Shown here: piece by piece, positions 42,755 through 52,692 of the stretch | Layout of the letters: the number at the start of each line of letters is the position of its first letter | Numbering within the stretch: the first letter of the stretch is position 1 | DNA from: a bacterium | Lineage (GTDB): Bacteria > Patescibacteriota > Doudnabacteria > UBA920 | Direction: 5' to 3' | DNA: 64,000 nucleotides | NCBI GenBank assembly: GCA_016699995.1 | Contig: CP064996.1 | Coordinates: 412,330-476,329, forward strand | Notes under the pieces: generated by a model | Database searches by the model: none | Told to the model about the DNA's origin: nothing | The model's input: the letters and a program-made list of their open reading frames with translations, nothing else | Translations under genes and position numbers: made by a program

Positions 42755-43657
42755 ATGGTCAAATCCCTCAAAATAATCGGCTTAATAGTACTTGCGATCA
42801 TTATACTGTATGCGATCTCTTTTTTCTTTTCTAATGCAGGTTTGGGTCCCAGTTATAATTCCAAATTATCTAACAAGGAACAGGTGAATATTGGAAGCAT
42901 GGCTACATATTCTGTGGGCGCGCAAGACATCCCTGAAGTTAAGGCAAAAAGCTATATGGCGGTAGATCTGGCAAACGATGAAATAATTTATTCCAGGCGA
43001 GCAGATAGTCCGTTGTTAGTAGCTAGCTTAACTAAGCTGATGACAGCTTGGATAGTGTTAAATTATGGCGACATGTCCGACAGGTACACAGTCTTGAAAG
43101 AGGATGCCACCGCCTTCAGCCCGGCTTTAAAGCTAGTACCAGGGGATAAAGTACTTGTATCGGATTTATTTAACGCCATGCTAATCGGCTCAGCCAACGA
43201 TGCCGCAGCCGCACTTTCTCGTTATATAGAAAAGAAACAGCCTCAATCGTTTATTGAGTTAATGAATCAGGAGAGTAAAAAGCTGAATATGAAGGATACG
43301 CGCTTTAGCAATCCAAATGGTTTTGACAGCGAAACAAATTATTCTTCTAGCAATGATCTTCGCATCCTCGCTACAAAATTGTTAGAAAAAAGCGCGTTCG
43401 ATGCAACCAACCGTGCTACAGGTTACACTTTTTCTGGAGAAATAAAAACGGATTACCAGATTAATGCCACAAATATTCTCCTTAAACAGTACTCCGACCT
43501 GAGAGCAATCAAAACCGGTTTTACCGAAGAAGCGCAAGGAAGTATGATAAATATTTTAAGACATAACAATCAAAATTACCTGCTAATTGTGATAGGCAGC
43601 CCCGATCGGGAAAGCGATACGCTAATCCTCAGAAAGAAAGTCCTGGAGATCCAATAG
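42755..43657 (+). CDS. dacA: D-alanyl-D-alanine carboxypeptidase (S11 peptidase, PBP5/6-like)
   Basis: SxxK (SLTKLM), SxN (GSAND) and KTG (IKTGFT) motifs. Confidence 0.8.
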   Translation: MVKSLKIIGLIVLAIIILYAISFFFSNAGLGPSYNSKLSNKEQVNIGSMATYSVGAQDIPEVKAKSYMAVDLANDEIIYSRRADSPLLVASLTKLMTAWIVLNYGDMSDRYTVLKEDATAFSPALKLVPGDKVLVSDLFNAMLIGSANDAAAALSRYIEKKQPQSFIELMNQESKKLNMKDTRFSNPNGFDSETNYSSSNDLRILATKLLEKSAFDATNRATGYTFSGEIKTDYQINATNILLKQYSDLRAIKTGFTEEAQGSMINILRHNNQNYLLIVIGSPDRESDTLILRKKVLEIQ

Positions 43658-43696
43658 ATTTCACTTTGATGCTAAAAATATGGTATAATAAATCCA

Positions 43697-44737
43697 ATGA
43701 TCACCGATTTATTAATCAAAATATTTAGCTTAACTGCTATAGCTTTTTTGTTTGCTATTGCCATCACGCCGCTCGTGACCAGCTTGCTTTACCGTTTTAA
43801 TTTGGGGAAGCAAATTCGCAATGATGGCTCTACGCCGCTATTTTCCCGTATGCATTCTCATAAAGAAGGCACTCCTACCATGGGAGGGGTAATTGTGTGG
43901 GGAACTGTCTTGATTTTAGGCGTTGTCTTTTGGTTCTTCGACCGCGCGCTAGGCATAGAAAATTTTCATATTCTAAACTTCCTAACCAGAAAAGAAACCT
44001 TGCTACCTCTGGGAGCGTTGATAGGCGCAGCGATTGTGGGCCTGATGGACGATTATCTAGACATTCGCCGCCTCGGACACATGGGGCGAGGCTTCCGGTT
44101 CCGCTTTAAATTAATTTTATACACTTTGGTAGCCTTAATTGGTGCCTGGTGGTTTTATTTTAAGCTTGGCTTTGACTTCGTGCACGTTCCTTTTTATGGC
44201 GATGTAACTATAGGATGGTTGTTTATTCCGTTCTTTTTACTCGTAACAGTGGGGACAAGCTTTGCCGTAAACCAGACCGACGGTTTGGACGGTTTGGCAG
44301 GAGGAGTTTTACTAGTAGCCTTTATAGGTTTTGCGGTTATATCTTTCATGATCGGCCGGGATAATCTAGCGTCTATGCTAGGCGTAATCTCCGGATCTTT
44401 ACTGGCTTTTTTATGGTTCAATGTGCACCCCGCCAGATTTTTTATGGGCGATACAGGCTCAATGGGCTTAGGGGTGTTGCTGGCTATTGTGGCATTTTTG
44501 ACCAACAGCGTATTACTGCTTCCTCTGATGGGATTTGTCTTCGTAATCGAAGCCGGCAGCTATTTTATACAATTGTTTTGGAAAGTAGTATTTAAGAAAA
44601 AATTCTTTTTAGCTGCCCCTATCCACCACCATCTCGAAGCGGTGGGGTGGCCGGAAGCTAAAGTTACCATGCGATTTTGGATTCTCTCCAGCATCGCAGG
44701 AATCATGGCCGTTATCATCTTCTTCCTGGACCGTTAA
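43697..44737 (+). CDS. mraY: phospho-N-acetylmuramoyl-pentapeptide transferase
   Basis: NQTDGLDGLAGG, FFMGDTGS and HHHLE motifs. Confidence 0.9.
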   Translation: MITDLLIKIFSLTAIAFLFAIAITPLVTSLLYRFNLGKQIRNDGSTPLFSRMHSHKEGTPTMGGVIVWGTVLILGVVFWFFDRALGIENFHILNFLTRKETLLPLGALIGAAIVGLMDDYLDIRRLGHMGRGFRFRFKLILYTLVALIGAWWFYFKLGFDFVHVPFYGDVTIGWLFIPFFLLVTVGTSFAVNQTDGLDGLAGGVLLVAFIGFAVISFMIGRDNLASMLGVISGSLLAFLWFNVHPARFFMGDTGSMGLGVLLAIVAFLTNSVLLLPLMGFVFVIEAGSYFIQLFWKVVFKKKFFLAAPIHHHLEAVGWPEAKVTMRFWILSSIAGIMAVIIFFLDR

Positions 44738-44768
44738 TTTATTCATAACTTCAATTACAAAAACAAAA

Positions 44769-46325
44769 ATGTATTCACTGCTCATAAAAAACGCAAATAT
44801 AATCGACGGGTCTGGTAAGAAAGGTTTTGCTGCGGATGTCGCGGTAGAGGGCGATAAGATAGTTGCTGTATCGGAAAAGATTACCGTGGGTGCTAAGCAA
44901 ATTTTTGACGGTACGGGTTTAATTCTAACGCCGGGGTTTATAGATGTACAAAACCATAGCGACAGTTATTGGCAGCTGTTCGACAATCCCGCATTAGAGA
45001 GCTTGGTCACCCAAGGCTATACAACTATTTTGGTAGGAAGCTCTGGCAGCAGCCTGGCCCCTTTGCTTTCCGAGCAAAGCCTTTTGGGTATTCAAAAATG
45101 GAAGCCCACCTCGGGCATTAATGTAAACTGGCGGACTTATAAGGAATATGCGGAGCAATTGGCGGGAAAGAAATACGGAGCAAATGTCTCGACCTTAATT
45201 GGGTATTCTACTGTCCGTCGCGGTCTATTAGGCGATTCGGTATCAGCACCGACAAAAGAAGATCTAGACGCCCTGACCAAGCTATTGGAAGAATGCTTAG
45301 TTGCCGGAGCCAAAGGCGTTTCTTTGGGATTGCAGTATTCACACGAGTTAAATGTCAGCGAAGCAGAGATTTTTAACCTTGCTCAATTGTGCGCCAAGCA
45401 TAATAAAGTTTTGGCTGTGAGCTTAAGGAACGAGAGCTCGGAAATGATCGCCAATATCCGAGAACTGGCTGCCATTGCAGAACAGACCGGCGTGAGGCTA
45501 AAAATATCTCATTTGAAGATCAGATTCCGCAACAATCAAAATCTGCTTACGGAATTATTAGACACCTTAGAATCCAGCTGGCATAGGGGAGTAAAGATTT
45601 CTTTCGATTCCTATCCGTACGATTTTACCTGGCAACCCTTGTACACTTATTTGCCAAAGTGGGCCATAGAAGGCGGTCGCAGCAAAATGCTGGAACGGCT
45701 TAAAGATGAAGTGCAGCATAAAAAAATATTGAGTTATCTACGAGATCATCCGGGCAAGATCACGGAGTTGATTATCGCGTCCACAGGACCAAATTTAAAA
45801 GTCAACGGCAAAGCCGTGTCTAAAATCGCCAAGGATATGAATCTAACCAGCGAAGAAGCTGTATTAAGCCTTATCAAAAGCGGAGGCAGCAGCGTTCTTG
45901 TTTTCGATAAATGTTTAGATCCCAAAACAGTATCAATAATTAACAATCACGCTATGGGCCTGATTGCCACCAACGGAGGCGGTTTTAACCTTATCCATGG
46001 CGAAAACTTAGTCCACCCGCGCAGTTTTGGAACCAGTACTAAATTTTTAAGATCTGTAATAGACGATAAAAGCATCAGCCTGGAAGAAGCGGTTGCCAAG
46101 CTGAGCGGCAGAGCTGCAGAGGTCGCAGGCTTAACTGACCGGGGCATCTTAAAAACCGGCAATTACGCAGACTTGGTTCTGTTTGACCCGGCGCATATCA
46201 ATTCCGAAGCCAGCATGAGCAATCCATACCAGTACAGCAAAGGCATAACAGCCGTCTGGGTAAATGGCGAATTAACAGTTCGCAACGGACTGCCTTTAGA
46301 AACATTAGCTGGGACTTTCATTTGA
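44769..46325 (+). CDS. amidohydrolase of the N-acyl-D-amino-acid deacylase (D-aminoacylase) family
   Basis: N-terminal LILTPGFIDVQNHSDSYW (family GFID.H.H; first His replaced by Gln here) and C-terminal ADLVLFDP. Confidence 0.65.
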   Translation: MYSLLIKNANIIDGSGKKGFAADVAVEGDKIVAVSEKITVGAKQIFDGTGLILTPGFIDVQNHSDSYWQLFDNPALESLVTQGYTTILVGSSGSSLAPLLSEQSLLGIQKWKPTSGINVNWRTYKEYAEQLAGKKYGANVSTLIGYSTVRRGLLGDSVSAPTKEDLDALTKLLEECLVAGAKGVSLGLQYSHELNVSEAEIFNLAQLCAKHNKVLAVSLRNESSEMIANIRELAAIAEQTGVRLKISHLKIRFRNNQNLLTELLDTLESSWHRGVKISFDSYPYDFTWQPLYTYLPKWAIEGGRSKMLERLKDEVQHKKILSYLRDHPGKITELIIASTGPNLKVNGKAVSKIAKDMNLTSEEAVLSLIKSGGSSVLVFDKCLDPKTVSIINNHAMGLIATNGGGFNLIHGENLVHPRSFGTSTKFLRSVIDDKSISLEEAVAKLSGRAAEVAGLTDRGILKTGNYADLVLFDPAHINSEASMSNPYQYSKGITAVWVNGELTVRNGLPLETLAGTFI

Positions 46326-47716
46326 TGGATATTAAAGGTTTACAAAATAAATCAGTCGGGATATTAGGTTTCGGACAGGAAGGGCAAGCAATCGCTGAAT
46401 ATTTAGTTAAAAGCGGTCTGAACCCTGTTGTTTACGACGCAAAAAAATTAGACGAATGGTCATCTTTAAATTTAGCCAAGCTGCATTCGCTCGGTTTGCA
46501 AGCTGTGACCGGAGAGGATTATTTGCAGCATGCAATTGATTCGCAAGAGATCATTTTTCGGAGCCCGGGGATTCGCCTGCCTGACAAGCAGCAACAATTA
46601 GCGATTTCTAAAAATATTACAATCACTAGCCAGACTCAGTGGTTTTTTGAACATTGCCCAGCAAAAATAATAGGCGTTACTGGCACAAAAGGCAAAGGCA
46701 CTACTTCTAGCCTAATATACGAGATCCTCTCAGCGGCAGATTTACAAAGCAAAGTCTATCTAACTGGCAATATCGGCAAGATCCAGCCTTTGGAGTTTTT
46801 AAGCGATCTTACCCCCGAGGACTGGGTCGTTTATGAATTGTCCAGTTTTCAGCTTCAAGATCTCAAGCAAAGCCCTCACATTGGAGTTTGCTTAATGGTA
46901 ACTTCCGACCATTTGGACTATCATTCGGATTTAAATGAATACCACACCGCTAAATCTGCCATTTCGGCATTCCAAAATGAGGAAGATATTTGCATTTATA
47001 ATGCCGATTATGAGGCGACGAAAAAAATAGGCGAACTAGGTTCGGGGCAAAAATGGAAGATTAGCAAATTGCAGCCTGTGCAGAACGGAGCTTGGATCAA
47101 CGAAAAGTCCGAGGAAATTCAGATCAGTGGCACCAGCGAACATCCTTTAATCATTAGTGGCAGTAAGAGGTTACTGCGCGGAAACCATAATCTCGAGAAC
47201 ATCGCGGCTGCCAGCCTAGTTGCGGCAATTTTACAAATTCCAGATGAAATTATCAAAAAAACAGTTAATGAATTTCCAGGTCTTAAGCACCGCTTACAGT
47301 TCGTAACAGAAAAGAAAGGTGTTAAATACTACAACGATTCTATTTCGACAATCCCGGAAACTGCCATTGCAGCTGTTAAGGCTTTCCCAGAGGAATCCAT
47401 CGTGCTGATACTCGGCGGTTCGGAAAAAAATTTGGACTATTCCGAGCTTGCTACTGTTATTGGCAAGTCCAAAAATATAAAAGCAGTTGTAACTATGGGC
47501 CCAGTCGGGAAGAGAGTCCAGCCATTGCTAATTTCTAATAATTTTTCTGGCAACATACAAGGGCCGTTTAGCGATTTTAATCAGGTAATGCAGGCGGTCA
47601 ACAGAGTTTCGGAAACCGGAGATATAGTTATATTGAGCCCCGCCGCACCATCCTTTGATATGTTTGAAGGTTATGCGTTTCGAGGCGATGAATTTATAAA
47701 GCAAGTGACTCAATAA
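46322..47716 (+). CDS. murD: UDP-N-acetylmuramoylalanine--D-glutamate ligase
   Basis: IIGVTGTKGKGTTSSL and HNLENIAAA. Confidence 0.9.
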   Translation: MMDIKGLQNKSVGILGFGQEGQAIAEYLVKSGLNPVVYDAKKLDEWSSLNLAKLHSLGLQAVTGEDYLQHAIDSQEIIFRSPGIRLPDKQQQLAISKNITITSQTQWFFEHCPAKIIGVTGTKGKGTTSSLIYEILSAADLQSKVYLTGNIGKIQPLEFLSDLTPEDWVVYELSSFQLQDLKQSPHIGVCLMVTSDHLDYHSDLNEYHTAKSAISAFQNEEDICIYNADYEATKKIGELGSGQKWKISKLQPVQNGAWINEKSEEIQISGTSEHPLIISGSKRLLRGNHNLENIAAASLVAAILQIPDEIIKKTVNEFPGLKHRLQFVTEKKGVKYYNDSISTIPETAIAAVKAFPEESIVLILGGSEKNLDYSELATVIGKSKNIKAVVTMGPVGKRVQPLLISNNFSGNIQGPFSDFNQVMQAVNRVSETGDIVILSPAAPSFDMFEGYAFRGDEFIKQVTQ

Positions 47717-47717
47717 T

Positions 47718-48824
47718 ATGCCTAAGACAAAGTCAAAATTGAATCTGCCGGTCTTACTGCTCACGGCTGCGCTGGTTGTGATCGGGTTAAGCATGCTTTG
47801 GTCTGCGTCTACTGCGGAATCCACTCAAAATTTTGGGAATACTACCTATTATTTAGTCCATCAATTAACCCGCGGGGTTTTAATAGGAGCCATCTCTTTA
47901 TATTTCTTTAGCAGATTTGACTACAACAAATTAAAGAAGCCAGCTGGAATATTTTTAGCAGTGGCTTTAGTGCTTTTGGTTTTAGTAAAGATGCCTGGCC
48001 TGGGAGTAACCGCCAATGGTGCAACCCGCTGGATAAGCTTGGGTCCAATTTTCTTCCAGCCAGCGGAATTAGCCAAGCTTGCAGTCATAATTTACCTAGC
48101 TGCGTGGATGTCTAAACCAGACCGCGCGCCCTCTAATAATTTTTGGCATTCGGTTTTTCCTCCTCTGGTCTTGATCGTTGTAATGAGCATGTTAATCATA
48201 TGGCAGCCGGACTTGGGATCCACTCTTTCTTTATTGGCTATTAGCATGACCATGTTTTTTGCCGGCGGTGTCAGGTTAAAATATTTAGCAGGTTTAGCGG
48301 TGAGCGGAGTGGTGGCAGTTTTAGGTATTGCCTGGATAGAACCCTACCGTCTCCAGCGCATCACTGCTTTTCTAAATCCAAGCGGGGATCCGCTCGGCAT
48401 CGGCTATCAGATCAATCAGGCGTTGATTGCCGTCGGAAGTGGCGGCCTGTTTGGCTATGGTTATGGACTTTCCCGGCAAAAGCACTTCTATTTGCCAGAA
48501 ACGATTAACGACTCTATTTTTGCTATAATCGCTGAAGAGCTGGGCTTTATCAGAATTGTGCTGATATTGCTTATATTTGGTGCGTTGCTGTATAAAATGA
48601 TGCAGGTTGCCCTAAAAGCCTCGGATAATTTCGGCCGAATGCTCGCCATTGGCATTACCTCGCTTATAGCGATAAATGTTACTATAAACATAGCCGCCAT
48701 TATCGGATTAGTGCCTCTTACCGGCATCCCGCTCCCATTCTTTAGCTACGGAAGCACAGCTATGATAGTCAACCTTACTGCCATCGGCATACTCCTGAAC
48801 ATATCCAAACAAAGTAAAGCATGA
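47718..48824 (+). CDS. ftsW: SEDS-family lipid II polymerase, dcw-cluster copy (FtsW)
   Basis: RWISLGPIFFQPAELAKL and GYQINQALIAVGSGGLFGYGYG motifs. Sits directly after murD. Confidence 0.85.
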   Translation: MPKTKSKLNLPVLLLTAALVVIGLSMLWSASTAESTQNFGNTTYYLVHQLTRGVLIGAISLYFFSRFDYNKLKKPAGIFLAVALVLLVLVKMPGLGVTANGATRWISLGPIFFQPAELAKLAVIIYLAAWMSKPDRAPSNNFWHSVFPPLVLIVVMSMLIIWQPDLGSTLSLLAISMTMFFAGGVRLKYLAGLAVSGVVAVLGIAWIEPYRLQRITAFLNPSGDPLGIGYQINQALIAVGSGGLFGYGYGLSRQKHFYLPETINDSIFAIIAEELGFIRIVLILLIFGALLYKMMQVALKASDNFGRMLAIGITSLIAINVTINIAAIIGLVPLTGIPLPFFSYGSTAMIVNLTAIGILLNISKQSKA

Positions 48825-51010
48825 AACGAAAAGTAAAAATTGTATTGCACCATCATATCGACCAAAATTACGAAACGGGCAACAGAGGTTTTTCTTGGCC
48901 GTCTTTTAAGTCTCTGGGTAAGTCTCTAGGATATGGAGTGCTGAACGGATTAGTAGCATTAAGCTACGCCTTCGGCTGGGTTCTAGTAAACGCCTTTAAG
49001 CTGCCCAAGACCCTAGCGCAGGCAGTTAAAAAGAATAATTTTCAATACAAGAATTTTGATTTCAAAAGGGCAGGCAGCTTCGCCTTGCTTATGATCATTG
49101 CCCTAGTTCCAATCTTTGCATTGCAAGTAGCGTCAGAAGGACAACGCATCAGCGGCCGAATCTTGGGAATCAGCGACAGCTTATTGGGCAACGTAAATTC
49201 CGCCCAGGAAGCAATTAAGCAGCAGGATTACGAACTCGCGCAAAGCAACTTTGCTGGAGCTCTGTCTGACCTAAAAATCGCCCAATCGGAGCTGGATCAA
49301 TCCAGCCTGTTCTTAAGATCCATTATTAACTTTGCACCGGCCGGCTATAACACCGGTAATGTTTTAAAAGCCGCAGAATTACTAACAGAATCCGCGCAAA
49401 TCGGCAGCGGCCTACTGGCCCAAATTGAACAATTCAGATTCTCACCAGAAGGATTGACGGTAGTAAATACCGGCAAAAACACATCAGCGCGAGATGCTCT
49501 GAACCAGGTAAGATCAGATGTCGCAGCCGTGAATCTGAAGCTAAACGAAGCCAATGCATTATTGGCTCCGCTAGATAGCGGGGCTTTGCCAGCAAAATAT
49601 CAAGCACCTTTACGGGATAGCCAGGAGCTAATTGCGGATCTGTCGTCTCAGATGAAATCGTTGAGCGCCGCTACGGATTTATTCACCCAAATCCTTTTGG
49701 GCGAAAAGCGATTTTTAGTTTTTTTGCAAAACAACAATGAACTCCGAGCTACCGGCGGATTTATAGGTACTATTGCCCAAGGGAAATTACAGGATGCCTC
49801 TATTAAGCATTTGGATATCCGCAGCGTTTATGATCTAGACGGTCAGTTGGCAAGCTGGATAGTTCCGCCCAAGCCGATGCGCGCGGTTAACAATAGATGG
49901 TTTATGAGAGACGCTAATTGGCTGGCCAGCTTCGCCGAATCCAGCCAGAGGCTTTCTATTCTTTATGAGAAAGAAGGCGGGGAAACTCCAGATTTAATTT
50001 TGGGCATAACGCCGGACTTATTCATAGATTTATTAAATAAGACCGGCCCGATTACTCTGCCCACATATAAAGTCACAATTTCCAGCAGTAACTTTATCGA
50101 GCAGATTCAGACTACCACTTCTGTGGCATACGACAAGAACCTTAACCAGCCTAAGCAGCTCTTGGCCGATTTATACCCTCTGCTCTTGCAAAAAATCGGC
50201 GCCAGCAATGGTTCTGGCTTAGGAATGTTAAGTCTATTGGAGTTGTTCCAAAAGAATTTAGCGGCAAAGAATATTTTAGCTTATTCTAGAGATCCCAACC
50301 TTCAATCTCAGCTAACTAAATTTCATTGGTCCGGAGAACTGATAGCAACCCACAAAGATTACCTGCACATCAACAGTTCTAACTTAAGCGGCACCAAAAC
50401 TGACAGGTCTTTAAAGCGAAATGCTACTCTAATTACCACTATCCAGCCTGACGGCGCTATTATCAATCAGGTTCGATACACGATTACCAATCCGCTACCT
50501 AACAGTCCTGGGTTAACTAATACCAGCTTTGTAAGATTCTATGTTCCAGATAATTCCAGGATTTTAGCAGCAGATGGCTTTGATAATATCACCATGCCAG
50601 AATTACCAAAGGATAAAGGTTATGTTAACGACTCGGTAATTGAACAGTGGAACCGCGATCTGCAATTCGACGACGCTCATAATGTTTTCTTTGGGAAAGA
50701 GAGCGGAAAAATGTTCATAGCTAACTGGTTTAAGGTGGCAGGGGGAGAGACTAAAACTGTTACCGTAACCTACCAGCTTCCGTTTAAAATAGATAACCCG
50801 GATAACTATAGCTTGTATTGGCAAAAGCAGGCAGGAATGCTCCCGTTCGAGATATCTCAGGAGATCATTTTCCCCGATCGCTCGTTGATTTGGGATAATT
50901 TTGGCAACCAAAACAGGGGAGTCGAAAAGCCCAGTTCAGATAAGTCAATCTGGAGGCAGCAAAGTTTTAATCAAGACCAATTCATCGGCGTAGTGATAAA
51001 GGCAAAATAA
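48821..51010 (+). CDS. large membrane-anchored protein of unknown function in the dcw cluster (possibly DUF4012-like)
   Basis: 729 aa with a TM near residue 85 and no catalytic motifs. Translationally coupled to ftsW and murJ. The DUF4012 assignment is from memory of CPR annotations. Confidence 0.5.
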   Translation: MKRKVKIVLHHHIDQNYETGNRGFSWPSFKSLGKSLGYGVLNGLVALSYAFGWVLVNAFKLPKTLAQAVKKNNFQYKNFDFKRAGSFALLMIIALVPIFALQVASEGQRISGRILGISDSLLGNVNSAQEAIKQQDYELAQSNFAGALSDLKIAQSELDQSSLFLRSIINFAPAGYNTGNVLKAAELLTESAQIGSGLLAQIEQFRFSPEGLTVVNTGKNTSARDALNQVRSDVAAVNLKLNEANALLAPLDSGALPAKYQAPLRDSQELIADLSSQMKSLSAATDLFTQILLGEKRFLVFLQNNNELRATGGFIGTIAQGKLQDASIKHLDIRSVYDLDGQLASWIVPPKPMRAVNNRWFMRDANWLASFAESSQRLSILYEKEGGETPDLILGITPDLFIDLLNKTGPITLPTYKVTISSSNFIEQIQTTTSVAYDKNLNQPKQLLADLYPLLLQKIGASNGSGLGMLSLLELFQKNLAAKNILAYSRDPNLQSQLTKFHWSGELIATHKDYLHINSSNLSGTKTDRSLKRNATLITTIQPDGAIINQVRYTITNPLPNSPGLTNTSFVRFYVPDNSRILAADGFDNITMPELPKDKGYVNDSVIEQWNRDLQFDDAHNVFFGKESGKMFIANWFKVAGGETKTVTVTYQLPFKIDNPDNYSLYWQKQAGMLPFEISQEIIFPDRSLIWDNFGNQNRGVEKPSSDKSIWRQQSFNQDQFIGVVIKAK

Positions 51011-51016
51011 TATCTT

Positions 51017-52642
51017 ATGGTAAAACTATACCGCTTCTTTAGCCGGTTTGAACAAAATTTTCATTTAGGCAGAGCAACTATAATCATTGCTGTGCTAACT
51101 TTGCTTTCCAGGATCTTTGGGTTTATGCGCGATCTGTTGCTGGCTAAGAATCTGGGCCTGAGCAGTCAAACAGATATATATTTTTCTGCTTTCCGTGTCC
51201 CGGACCTTATTTACAATTTGCTCATCCTGGGTACCTTAAGCGCGGCTTTTATTCCAGTTTTTACTAAATACTATCTGAAAGATAAGAATGAAGCATGGAA
51301 AATAGCCAATAGTGTATTAAACATTGCAGTTGTAGGCGTAGGAGCCTTATCTGTTGTAGTATTCGTTCTGGCAAAGCCTCTCACAAAAATAATTGCGCCT
51401 GGTTTTGAAGGGCCAGAGTTTGACCAAACAGTTGCGCTGACCAGAATATTATTACTGTCTCCAATTATCTTTACAGTTTCCAACGTGTTTTCGAGCACGC
51501 TTTTAAGCTTCAAGAAGTTTATTTGGGTAAATACAGCGCCGCTCCTCTATAATCTGGGCATCTTGATGGGCATTTTATTCCTGCATCCTCATTTTGGATT
51601 AAAAGGAATAGCAGCAGGAGTAATAGCAGGTGCCTTAATGCATGCTTTAATACAATTACCTCAGCTGATTCAGTTAGGGTGGAGCTGGAGGCCGAAATGG
51701 GATTGGAAAAATGCCGGGGTTCAACAAATTGTTAAGCTGTTTATCCCAAGAGTCTTAGGGCTAGATATTTCTTATGTTAATTTGGTGATAGTAACTATCA
51801 TCGGCTCCACTTTAGCTACCGGAACCATCGCCGCTTATAATTTTGCAAATAATATTCAAGCTGTACCATTGGGGATTTTTGCTATTTCAACAGCCTTAGC
51901 GGTATTCCCAGTCTTATCGGAAGAGTACGCAAAAAAAGAACTAAATTCGTTTATTAATACTTTTAACCGGGCTTTTGTAAGAATTGTATATTTAATCCTG
52001 CCTGTAAGTATAATGCTCCTGCTTTTGCGCGCGTATATTGTGCGCTTGCTTTTAGGTTACGGTAAATGCGATTGGACATGCACCATTACTACTTTCGATA
52101 CTTTGGGCGTACTGAGCTTGAGCTTAATCGCTCAGAGCCTCATACCTTTGCTGTCTCGAGCATTTTACGCTAGGCAAAATACGAGGATTCCCGTTTTTAT
52201 TGGTTTAGCCGCTATGTTAATCAATGCCGGTTTGTCCTATACCTTATCTTTTGGATTGGGAATTCTGGGAGTCGCTTTAGGTTTTGTGGTTGCATCCATG
52301 TTCCAGCTGCTGTTCTTGATCATTTATCTGCACCGAGGCTTGCAACATGATTTGCGCAACCAAAAAATCATCCGCGAAAGCGATTACTATATAGTGTTCA
52401 ATTGCAGCAAAATACTAGTATCTGCGCTCATTACCGGTTGTGTAGCCTACGGGCTGCTTTATCTTTTCGCCTTAATCTTCGATACCCATACAATCGCTGG
52501 GATATTTCTGCAAACCGGGTTATCTAGCATTATCGCAGGGTTGGTGTACTTATTACTAACTGCCTGGATGGGCGTGCCCGATGCAGCGAGAATAAAGACA
52601 ACTTTAAACCGTATGGCTTCTTTCTTCAATGTTTCAGCCTAG
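51017..52642 (+). CDS. murJ: lipid II flippase MurJ (MviN)
   Basis: About 14 TMs. N-terminal RDLLLAKNLGLSSQTDIYFSAFRVPDLIYNLL is characteristic of MurJ. Confidence 0.85.
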   Translation: MVKLYRFFSRFEQNFHLGRATIIIAVLTLLSRIFGFMRDLLLAKNLGLSSQTDIYFSAFRVPDLIYNLLILGTLSAAFIPVFTKYYLKDKNEAWKIANSVLNIAVVGVGALSVVVFVLAKPLTKIIAPGFEGPEFDQTVALTRILLLSPIIFTVSNVFSSTLLSFKKFIWVNTAPLLYNLGILMGILFLHPHFGLKGIAAGVIAGALMHALIQLPQLIQLGWSWRPKWDWKNAGVQQIVKLFIPRVLGLDISYVNLVIVTIIGSTLATGTIAAYNFANNIQAVPLGIFAISTALAVFPVLSEEYAKKELNSFINTFNRAFVRIVYLILPVSIMLLLLRAYIVRLLLGYGKCDWTCTITTFDTLGVLSLSLIAQSLIPLLSRAFYARQNTRIPVFIGLAAMLINAGLSYTLSFGLGILGVALGFVVASMFQLLFLIIYLHRGLQHDLRNQKIIRESDYYIVFNCSKILVSALITGCVAYGLLYLFALIFDTHTIAGIFLQTGLSSIIAGLVYLLLTAWMGVPDAARIKTTLNRMASFFNVSA

Positions 52643-52692
52643 ATAAGCCTAAAACTATTGAAAATAAAAGCAAAAATTGCTAAACTAGCTCT

